A stretch of 55,858 bases of DNA, the filler included, from Sphacelaria rigidula (Eukaryota): NCBI GenBank assembly GCA_964200075.2. It is 5 parts of 5 records of this genome, joined end to end, with 100 filler letters (N's around TTAATTAATTAA, not from the genome) between each part and the next. Parts side by side here need not be neighbours in the genome. Positions count along the whole stretch, not along the records: positions 22,385 to 33,476 come from CAXNAA020005402.1; positions 33,577 to 44,667 come from CAXNAA020005403.1; 3 more parts are not named here. One strand, given 5' to 3'. The notes under the pieces are model-generated. The model was not told the origin of the DNA. It saw nothing but the letters and a program-made list of their open reading frames with translations, and ran no database searches. Numbering within the stretch: position 1 is the stretch's first letter; each line of letters begins with the position of its first letter. Positions 26,392 to 36,566 of this stretch are shown here, piece by piece. The translations under genes were made by a program, and so were the position numbers.

Positions 26392-29300
26392 GGGGATGCC
26401 CCAGGTATTCTCAACCTGGGGAACCTGCTAGAGGAGGACTTGGCAACCATCGCGGGTCGTCTCGGTAACCAACTGTGGGTGGCGGGAGAGATCTGGCACC
26501 GGAGCCGGGCTCGGAAGTCGTGGCCACTCGAGGTACTGTTGGACACCGGGGCAGGTGGGGGCAATTGCAAGTCTGGGTTTTGTGGCGTTGCCTCATGAAA
26601 GCAGAAGTAATACATGACACAAACAATGCTGGCACCCTTCGCGCTGCCAACCCCTCACGGATTAAGGTACCCCCGATGTCTATAGTTGGATCAGTCGTGA
26701 TACCCATCTTGTTCGCTAAGGATACTCGCGTTCGTGAAGTAACAGTCAAAGTGGTAGAGGACCTACCTTACAGGTTCATTCTTAGGGCAGAGATTTCCAG
26801 GGCAAATCGTAGCACTCTCGAGTTCAAAGCCACGGGAGGGTTTCGCCCTACCCCGTCCGCACCGTGGATCCCGTTTTTGACCAACGACAGCTCCCGACAT
26901 GCTAAACCAAACATCTCGGCCCTTGAAACGCTCAACGAAGTTTGTTCGCTAGACATGCGTCTTGCCGCGCCACGTAAGTTCCCCAGTTACAGCGACATTG
27001 CCTGGGAAGACGACGGCACGAGGGAGTGGAACGTCAGGCTGGCCGAGCGTCCCGTCTCCATCGATGGGTTTGTAAGTATGGCGGTGGAATCGGTCGTCCT
27101 GGGACCCCAACCCCAGGATCAGCAACTAGTTCTGATTCTGCCCTTGGCTAAGTACGACCTGGACGGTGAAGCGTTGGTGGTGGTAGCCAAAGGGGTGTTG
27201 TGGTGGGTTCCAGGGTTTCCTGTTTACTGTAAGCTAGTAAATAGAGGTAAGGATAAAGCCGAAGTGAAGACACGCGGAACAATCACGCGCTTAATAGCCC
27301 TCAACGTGCGCGACCCTGCTCGTTTTCACTCACTTTTCGACGATACACCGTCAACGGTAGAACAACCTACCGTGCCCGCAGACCCCTCGTGCCCCAAGCG
27401 TGGTCGACTTATCTCAGAACCTAGCCAGGTCCGTGTGTCGGATGCAAACATGGGGCAGCTTGGGGGAGTAGAGAAGGCGGAACTGGTGCGCGTCCTACGG
27501 GAATTCGTGGAAGCAGGATTGTTTCTCACGGATCCCAAGCGAGTTCCAGCCTGCATTAATGGTGAGCTAGAATTGCCATTGATTGACGAAGGTAGCACGC
27601 CTTTCGCCGCAAAACAACGCCGCTTCTCGCCGGAAGAACGCCGAATGATCAGAGAAGAAATTCATAAGCTTCTTGACCGCGAAGTTATCCGCCCCTCTCC
27701 CTCTCCATGGGCCGCGCAATGTCTTCGTGTCAAGAAGAAAGATGGTACCTTACGCCTGTGCATCGACTGGCGTGCTCTGAACAAGCTTTGAGTGTCTGAT
27801 AGTGGAGGGCTGGGTGACATGCAGTCTATATTTGATGGTCTCAAAGGCAAGAGATATTTCACGCAACTAGATCTAGCCTCAGGATTCCACCAAATCGAGA
27901 TCGCCGAAACAAATCGCCACAAGACGGCGTTCAGAGATGCGGACGGCCTACTCTTCGAGTTAACCAGGGCGGGTTTCGGACTGACAGTACTCCCGGCAGC
28001 GTTCACTCGTAAGGTAAAATCAACAATAGGCAACCTGACCGGTGTACACAGCTGGCTAGACGACATCCTCATAGCCAGCCCCACGTGGGATGAGCACTTG
28101 GCACTACTGACCATAATCTTGCAACGATTGTCGACTGCAGGTTTCTCGGTAAACTTTGCCAAATGCAGCTTTGCAGCACCGTCTCAGGAGTTTCTTGGTA
28201 TGTTGATCGATGGCACAGGCATACAACCGGCCCCGTCGAAACTCACCGCAGTCGCTAAGATGCCACGTCCACGCACTGCTGAGGAACTCCTATCGTTTCT
28301 CGGACTCACCGGGTATCTCAGACAGTTTGTCGAAAAGTACAGCATAATAGTCGCCCCGTTGACCAACATTCTTCGCAACAAAGAATTTTTCCTCACGTCG
28401 TGCACGAAAGTTGACCATTCCGTGGGGTGATGATCAGGAAACAACATTCCAGAAACTCAAGTCTTCCCTAGCATCACCAACGATCCTCGCTTTCCCCGAC
28501 ATGAATTGGACGTTTGAATTGCAGACTGACGCCAGCACAGTGGGTACGGGGGCCACCCTCCTACAGCCAGTGAGAGACGACTCCCGCATCATCGCATTTG
28601 CGAGTCATCGGTTTTCACGTACAGACTCGCGTCGAGCACCCACGGAGAGGGAATGTATGGCTGTGATATGGGGCGTCCAACACTTCAGACCGTATCTAGC
28701 AGGCAGGAAGTTTAGACCAGTCACCGAATGCTCCGCGCTAACATGGGTGTTTCGCAGTCGTGATCTATGTCCCAAGCTTCACAGGTTGGCGCTCCGACTC
28801 ATGGAGTACGACATGGAACTTCGATGGCGGGAAGGAACCCAACACGTGTTACCTGACGCTATGTTCCGCCTGCCTCATCAACAAGAACCAGGAGATAATA
28901 TAGACGACTCATTTCCCGACGATTTCACCGTAGGCACATTCTCGGAAGCCGCAAGGTCCTGCGGTCCACAACTAGACGGGAAATGGTTGTCGGAATTGTC
29001 AGCCTTTGATTTCACGGGAGAATGCAAGGACGTAGATGAGGCGAGATACCTAGGCACCCCGCAATCGCTCCCTTTCGCTGACTGCACGTCAATAGAAGAC
29101 GAATTACCCCGTCGTTCCCCCAGAATTCGTCGACGATCCGTACGCTTGCACTTCCCCGGCGCTGCTCGCATACATACCGTGCCCACAGATGGTCAGATGA
29201 ATCTTCAGCCGTCGGTAGGTATCACGCCTATCGAAGCCCCAACGAGCGAGCCTACTCCCATCACCCCTGCCTCAGTCAGCGAGCGGCTGGAAGTGGAAGA

Positions 29301-31445
29301 GGTGCTCATCGCTGGGGGGGACAAACCCTCGTCTGCGGTGAAAACTGCAGTGGACACGTCGGCATTCAAGAGGGCGATACAGATGTTGACAAACCCATCC
29401 GCGCTGAAACGCGCACAGGAGGAGGACCCGTTCCTGGGACAGGTTAGATCGATACTAAGGGGAGAGAAGAGGCACCGTACGAATGACAACGATGGCGAAA
29501 GTATGGGGAGCGCAAACGAGGTGCGGGGAGGAAAGGAGGTACCCGACACGAGTGATGCAGACTGCGAGAGTACGGTGAGTGCAGACGAGGTGCAGGGAGT
29601 AAAAGAGGTATCCAATACGAGTGATGCAGACTGCGAGATTGTGGTGAGTGCCGACGAGGTACCAGGGGAAGAGGAGGTGCCCAGTACGGAAGATGATATC
29701 AAGACTACGGTGAGTGACGACGTTGCACACCAATACAGTCTGGACGTCAAGGTGTGGCGTGGTTAACGAAGGACGCTGAGAAACCGTTGCTAGCCATCCC
29801 CTCTGCTATGGTACCTGACATCTTGGCGTTGGTACACTCCCTACACGGTCATATCGGAGTAGGAGCGACGCTGAATTTGATGCGAGATCGCTTTTTCTGA
29901 CCGTCAATGATAGAGGATACAAGATTGTACGTGTTATCTTACAGCTGTAGAAGGAGGAAGAAGTATAATAGCCGCAAGATTGCAATGACACCGGGACGAG
30001 GCGTAGAACCATGGGAGGAGTTGGAAATGGACCTCCTGACCATAGACACTGCATCGCTTACGAACAACAAGTACATTCTTTTGATCGTAGTTCGAGCCTC
30101 CAAGTTCCCATTCGGCTTCCCACTCCAAACGAAGCAGGCTGAAAGTGTACGTCCCATCCTTGCTGAACTATGCTTGACATTCCGCGTCCCTAACAAAATC
30201 CGCAGTGATGGAAGAAAGGAATTTAGAGCTGAGGTGGTGATACACCTGTGCAGGTGGCTGAAAGCAGACATTGCTTTTGGACCCTCTGATCACCTCAGAG
30301 GTCAAGGAGCAGTCGAGAGGCTGGGGGGATGGCTGCTAGACATGCTGGTGGAGCTGTGTAGGTCGTGGCCCCAGAGATGGGACGAGTATGTCTCCCCATC
30401 GCTCTGGATCAAACGCACTTTGCCAGACGTTTCCCTGCCCTCAGACATGTCTCCGTTTGAGCTCTAGTTCGGTCGTGAACCCCGCACGTCTCCAATTTCG
30501 CTCATTCCCTTGAATCAGGAGAAGGAATCGAGTAATGGTCTGGATGCCTTCGTGGCGCAACGTAGACAAAACCTCAAGAAGGTACGTCTAGCTCTTGATA
30601 AAAGACACGCCGCGAAAGCATCGACTCGTGCGAAGATGAACGCCTCAATATTGAGACCCTCTCCCGGAGTGTCGGCGAGAGAAGGGGATCTGGTCATGGT
30701 ACGCGAATCAGATAGCACGATACACCGGGACGGTAAGGGTAGGAAACTGCAACACGAAAGGTACACGGGGCCCTGGAGAGTGAAGGAAGTGCTGATGACC
30801 GGCCTCAGTGTAGAAGCAGTCATGCAAGGGCGTAAACGTCGTACACGTAGAGTAGCAGTCTCGGACGTGAAACCCTTCCATGTTCGCCCACCGCACCTTA
30901 GGCACTCGATAGCCGGCGAGTTCGCTCAACACGTATGGGGTTCAGATTGCAAGTCCAACACCACTCCTCCCCAAACTCACGAGTTCGTCACCTTAGTGGA
31001 CCGCCGAGAGATCTACTCCATGACCGGCACGAAACAATGGGAATACAAGGCCAGATCGTTGGAGGGGAAGGTGTCAGACTGGTTGCCAGAAAGCCAGCTC
31101 CGAAACAGCTTTTCTCCTTTGGAACTAGACGCTTTCCACGCACTTTGACACCTGTACAACCCCGCAGTTGCACCCAATCCGCTCCCGCGATCCAAGAAGC
31201 GCCCCGCTCCCCTGTCGCGCAGTGGCGCCTTGAAGCTTTTCCCCATAGGTGTTACTTTCTGGAAAGACTTTGGAGGTCTCAAGGTCAAGGGTCAGGTCTA
31301 TGACTACGGGAGTCGCTGTTGGCGAGTACGATACGAAGACGGAGACTAGGAGGAGCTATCCCGCCAGGAACTAGACCGCTTACCGCGGAAAAAAGACCCC
31401 GACTTTAGACTGGAGGGGGAATGTCTAGGAGTAGTCGGTATATGA
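26392..31445 (+). pseudogene. pol: pol polyprotein (protease, RT, RNase H, integrase, chromodomain, Tudor-like), disrupted
   Basis: LLDTGA at 26536; KKKDGTLRLCIDWRALN; LDLASGFHQI; WLDDILI at 28053; LQTDAS...ERECMAVIWGV; HSLHGHIG; MDLL...IRSDG...GAVER; YTGPW; several stops and frameshifts. Confidence 0.95.
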
Positions 31446-32728
31446 AATGGTACAGGATATCATTGCACAGGGAAAGGGGTTGTGAAATATGCAAGAAGAA
31501 CTGTTGGTACTGTACTCTCCAGTTGTGATTTGCGAGTGTGCCTGTTTTTGTTTATCTTTTTCGTTCTCTTTTCGGGTATTCTTTGGCCTTGTCTGATTCC
31601 CATTTTGTAACATGCAAATACATGTGTGAGCTAAGGAGCATGGGCTCTACCCTCAGTTTTATCTTATTTGGTAACATACAAGTAACTGCGTGTCTCTCTT
31701 GTCATCTTGTCATCTTGATAGTCGTTATCCGTTTTTGTAACATACGAATAAATGGGTGAGTCAAGGCGCATGGGCTCTATTCTTGATGGTATACACATCA
31801 GTAGTTACAGAAGAGCACTTCCCAAAAGCTGCACTCGTGTAACTTTTGATCAGTTCGTGGAAAGGTTGTATCTAGCGAACCCAACACACGTTGAATGTGG
31901 TTAAAGCCCTACACTACCCCGGAATTCAGTGTAACTGATCTGAGGTGTCGACGCGCGATGAAGCTAATTAGGTAATCGTTCTCCAGTCTAACTGAGATCC
32001 CGGGAAAACGACAGCGATCGTACTTGTCTGCGGTTTCTGTCGATTTAAAAGGGCGCTGGAGGCTTTTTTCCTTTCCTAACGGATAGGGTTTCCCCTGTCT
32101 AGCAGGGTTTACCTATCTATTAGATACCGAGTTTTCCCCTGCAACGTTATTTGCAGGTTTTTCTCGTTTCCTTATTTCAGGTGTTCCATGCACAGGCTTC
32201 GTCTCCCGGTCCTTCCAGCCCCAACATATTTCTTTCGCTTAGCCTTGTTAAAAGGCTGGGGGGATTTTCCGGATTTATTGGTTCTTGTCCAGTCGAGTAG
32301 ACTTCATGTGTCATACTCTTGCTCTGTTTAGCCCGACAGGTCATGGGCCATTCTCTGAGTCTGATTGGGTTTCCGGGATTGCCCCTCAACTAGGCTCACA
32401 GTCTTTTGGGAACTCATCCCAACGCGCAATCAGCAGCTACCAGCCTGTTGACAATGATACAAGAAACATCAACACTATCACGGACTGCGATCTCAGAAGA
32501 TTCTCTGGTCTTCACAAATGTCAGCCTCTTTCATGCAACATATGTTGTGCTGGCTCCTGCTCGGACCACGGCATGCCACCTGATCACTGGTGCGGTAGCT
32601 GACTCTACACTTGGTAAACGTCGAGCTTAATGGCTTCGATACTCATGATTGTGTTCGGTCCCGCTAGCCCAATGTGCCCACTGAACTGGCACCTTTCCCA
32701 CCTAGACGGTAAGTATCGAACCATGACA
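31422..32728 (+). repeat. Putative 3' LTR (~1.3 kb)
   Basis: Starts TGTC immediately after the PPT and ends GACA (4-bp inverted termini); the last ~100 bp are repeated upstream of gag. Confidence 0.7.
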
Positions 32729-32856
32729 GGTCTATCCGGTGACGAGTCACGCCACATGACCACTTGCGGGCAGCTGGCAGCAGGAGGCGCAAAACAAATG
32801 TCGCAACTTTGTGCGTGTTTTATGCGCATTATATATGCGCGTTTCAAGCAGGTTAA

Positions 32857-33063
32857 CGCTTGGACCGCGAGGGTGGGTCACCTGCTGAATCGCATCAATT
32901 TTCGCTTGAAAAAATTATGCGTGATCCAGATGGACTACCCGCACCGCGGTATAAAGTTTAACCCTTTGACCGAGAGGGTAGGTCACCTGCGGAATCTTAT
33001 GTTCCCTTGGAAAAGTGCGCGTGATGCAGATGGACTACCCGCATCGCGGTTTGAGGCCGCCCC
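32857..33063. mobile_element. Tandem dimer of the ~100-bp piggyBac-like MITE
   Basis: TTAA(32853)-unit-TTAA(32958)-unit-TTAA(33064); units begin ccctttgaccg..gggtaggtcacctgc and end gcagatggactacccgca.cgcggt. Confidence 0.65.
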
Positions 33064-33476
33064 TTAAAACTATAGTCGAAAATATAAATCTGAAAAAGTG
33101 CTTTTTTGGAGCTTTTACGTCGTTTTACGCCCTAAGAGAGAGCTAGGCGGAGTTTGACACATTATAATGACTTTCTCTACTATTTGAGGGGGTTGCAGGG
33201 CATCTTCCCGTTTTCTGATGGGCGCAGTTTTCATCATGGCCAAACAAGAAGTTTGGGCAAACGTCACAGTAGGGTATACCATGGTGCATTAGCGACAAAC
33301 CTGGGTACCCTCTTTGTTTGGAGGAGAAATGAGAGCAGCTGATTGGCCAACGACCATTTTCACCCAGCGGCGGCGGTAGACGGCCACGGTATACCCTCCT
33401 GTGACTACTTTTCTCCCAATTGTACCCTTGTTTTTGGAAATTATACCCACATGTGACGGGAAATCAGTCTCTTCCA

Positions 33477-33576
33477 NNNNNNNNNNNNNNNNNNNNNNNN
33501 NNNNNNNNNNNNNNNNNNNNTTAATTAATTAANNNNNNNNNNNNNNNNNNNNNNNNNNNNNNNNNNNNNNNNNNNN
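33477..33576. other. Artificial contig-joining spacer
   Basis: N44-TTAATTAATTAA-N44. Confidence 0.98.
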
Positions 33577-33580
33577 TACG

Positions 33581-33643
33581 TCTGTGACCACGGGTTCGCG
33601 AGATCGGACTAATGTGCGGAAATAATAATAATAATAATAATAA
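33581..33643 (+). repeat. Short retroposed repeat with (TAA)n tail
   Basis: tctgtgaccacgggttcgcgagatcggactaatgtgcggaa(ata)n; homologues at 35563-35672 (-) and 52780-52833 (+). Confidence 0.7.
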
Positions 33644-33849
33644 ATGATGGCACCAAATCACAGTTGTTTGGATTTTTCGCTGTAAGTAATCAAGAATATG
33701 GCTGTCTACTTACGCAATTTAATTCAACATGTTTTATTGAATTCAATGCAGAGGACACACGCTCGCACTCGATCACCAGTACACACCGCGAGCAGGACTT
33801 GGGGGTCAGAGACTCGCCTCATTTCAAGTCAAGAGGGGAGGTTCACAAC

Positions 33850-34400
33850 AGGTGAGGCCATTGGCGTATGTTCTATAGCTCAACGGAGTATTGTCTGCTG
33901 TGGGCTTTCGATTTACCCTCTCTTGTTATTCGTGCCCGAGGTCGGCTGTATGGAACGGATACGACTCTTGTTTCGACCTGATCCGTGCTACGAGTATCAA
34001 AATCGAGCATTGCAGGCTGTCCGTACCGTTGTCGTTGCGTAGCATGCTGCAGCAGTCAGAGGAGTCCTAAACCGTACCATATCGCGGGAGTTCCTGGTTC
34101 TTCATACTGTGCTCGGTGCCCGAAGGTGCAGACAACACGTCGAAGCTACTGATCTTCCCTCATAGGCAAGGGGCCGATAATTCGCTCTCTGAGATGTTGA
34201 ACATCCACCATGTACAGCACGGTATACGCCAAAGGTATGTATGAGGCGGTGCCGCGTAGTTCAACTACGAAGGTGCACCTGCCGTGTCGGAGGACAACCA
34301 CCAACGTCTCTTGTCAGCGTGTAGATGTCGTTGCTCACGGTCGAGATATGGGAGGTACGGGCGCATAGTCTCGTCCGGTACGAAGGCACCGAGTTCACAG
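33850..34400 (-). pseudogene. Possible KDZ (Kyakuja-Dileera-Zisupton)-like transposase relic
   Basis: Mixed-frame fragments GVYRAVHGGC, RNDNGTDSLQC, YPFH and QERVNRK...LSYRTYAN are in the order of KDZ motifs (CxHG, YDNxC, DxFH, EQxN...LSYMT). Heavily decayed. Confidence 0.35.
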
Positions 34401-35562
34401 GTACGGGTCGTTATGAAATAATTAAACTGAAATAATCGATTGTCCGTTGTTTCCCATACTGCAATAGACAATAGATTCCATACTGTACGCAGTACGTTTT
34501 TCGACCGTGTACTCTTTTGTCTAGGGTATGAGGATCCTTGTCGGGATTATCGCTGGACACGTGCGTTACTCAAACCCTATCTGCCGTACAGAGGTCAACA
34601 AGATTGGACTGCTCGGTTATTTGTTGTCTGGGCCTGTTCTGGATTTGAATTCCCTCGGTTGGCTTGCTAAAGCCCAGGACATGAGAAGGAGAGGTGGGAA
34701 AAAAAAAGTGCAGTCAGCATCGATAATATTTTGATACACACCAAGATGGCACCAAGTCAAAGCAAGCGAAGCGTACACGTTCGAAATGAAGCGGGATTCT
34801 AGCTTCTAGCACACGGAATCGTATACACAAGAGAGATACATTATTGTGTCGGCTGTCTGATGTCCTGTGTGCAGAGTGCTTGGTTATGTCCAGCGTTGTA
34901 CCGCAACAACTTTCCGTCGCGATACCGACTGTATCTGTATCGCAAGAAGATCTGCCAGCGCCGGCCAGCCAGTTGGCACCGTGCTTGATTGCCGTGCGTG
35001 TCTGTACGGCATCGATGGACGCGAATCATCCAGACCAACAGCACGACAGCCTACAAAAGGGGACCAGAAGCATTGATGCGTGTGGAGTCTTTTCCCCGGT
35101 TTATGTTCCGTCCGAGCAACATGAAACACCACACAACGACGACGATGAAGCCATCTTGAATCGTGCGCCGTATCCCAGGCCGTGCAGATGCAGCAGCAAC
35201 CTAAGCGCAAATGGAGACCGCAACACCAACCCAGGCCACCGCAACCATACCGCGGGCATGGCGACACTCGTAGCGAACGTTGGGTACACTACCCAGTAAA
35301 CCAATAGACAGAGTGCCGCTTGTGAGACTACCTTCGTCTTGGATATCATCCTGCCTCCGCACGGTGCTGCACCGCGGCTGCGGGCATCAGAAGACCGACA
35401 AAACCATGTGTGACGGGAACCTGTACTAAAATCAAGTTTGTACTATGAAATGTACTATGAAACGTAGAGGGACAGGACAACTATTGAAATGAAAGTACTT
35501 GAAATTAGTCTTACTATGAAAATGAACCCGTACCTATGGACCCGCCGCCGGGACGAACAGCA

Positions 35563-35569
35563 ACTATTA

Positions 35570-35631
<62 letters not shown>

Positions 35632-35672
35632 TCTTCACATAAGCTCGATCTCTCGACTCCGTGGTCATAGAG
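35563..35672 (-). repeat. Short retroposed repeat with long (TAA)n tail
   Basis: Minus strand reads ctatgaccacggagtcgagagatcgagcttatgtgaagaa followed by about 22 TAA units. Confidence 0.75.
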
Positions 35673-35729
35673 CGCGAGGTGTCCTCCACGATACAAAGTC
35701 ATCACTGAAACTCAAATATCTTGGTTCAC

Positions 35730-35985
35730 AGCATTCTAGCACTGTCACCTATAACGATATAATGCGTGTCTGGACATCTTGCGGCTGCCAAAATAACTCG
35801 GCACCATTACGAGCGGTGAACCCGATCTTGTTGGCTTTATCCTTGATCGCAGTTTGGCCCTTTACCAACACCGTGTTCCTTACACACTGTTGTTGTACAC
35901 CGAACCTCCAGCCGATCTCGACTGTCCTCACACCAGCCTTTTTCAGTCTAAGAACCTCGTTTTTGCCCTCGCACTGAAAGCCAAG
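35730..35985 (-). pseudogene. Possible pogo/Tigger (CENP-B-like) N-terminal HTH fragment
   Basis: KNEVLRLKKAGVRTVEIGWRFGVQQQCVRNTV resembles the psq-type HTH pattern; no DDE domain found. Confidence 0.3.
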
Positions 35986-36288
35986 TCATACTCCAGCCAG
36001 CACCCGCGTCGCGATCTGCAGAAGAACTCGCACGCCGCTTGCCGGCAGTCACCTCGTTTCTTACAGACGAGATCTCTTCACGTTCCCTTGAAGCTGTTTT
36101 AAGGCGTTGCCGGCAGGGTCAGGGGGGAGACGGCCGGGGGGGGCGTTCTCATGTGTTGCTTGCCTTAGTCGTCTGACCATTGACCACGCATCCCTTTCGA
36201 GACGGGGGGCGGGGGACCAGCTCGGGCTTTGTTCGGCAGGCAGGCATGAACACAAGCAACGTGCTCCTTCGTTGCGTGAAGGATATTA

Positions 36289-36566
36289 GACCCGTTATTA
36301 TCGACACTGTTTTTTCAGAGGTCTCAGAAACTTTGAGAGTTCTCGGACTCTGAGTTCAGACTTCTCGCATAACGAAGCGGCTTAATTTTTTCTCCAAAGC
36401 TTCATTTTTGGAGAAAGTAAAAGAAATCGGACTTGCAACATAGCACCTCGGATAGCTGCCCTGTGAAAATGCCGTGGCGCTCGCAAGCGTTCCAGGATCA
36501 TCAGGTACATGCCAGTCCCGACAATCTCGGAGATCTCCGAAAAAACAGTGTCGATAATAATGGGCC
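36289..36566. mobile_element. PIF/Harbinger (Tourist-like) MITE, 278 bp
   Basis: TIR gacccgttattatcgacactgttttttcagaggtctc vs reverse complement ggcccattattatcgacactgttttttcggagatctc; TTA TSD at 36286-36288 and 36567-36569. Confidence 0.88.

Larger units (their letters stand above)
22468..32728 (+). mobile_element. Ty3/Gypsy chromodomain-bearing LTR retrotransposon, decayed, 5' LTR incomplete
   Basis: Order gag-PR-RT-RNaseH-IN-chromodomain; polypurine tract GGAGGGGGAA at 31412-31421 followed by TGTC; ~100-bp direct repeat at 22475-22573 and 32630-32728. Confidence 0.92.
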
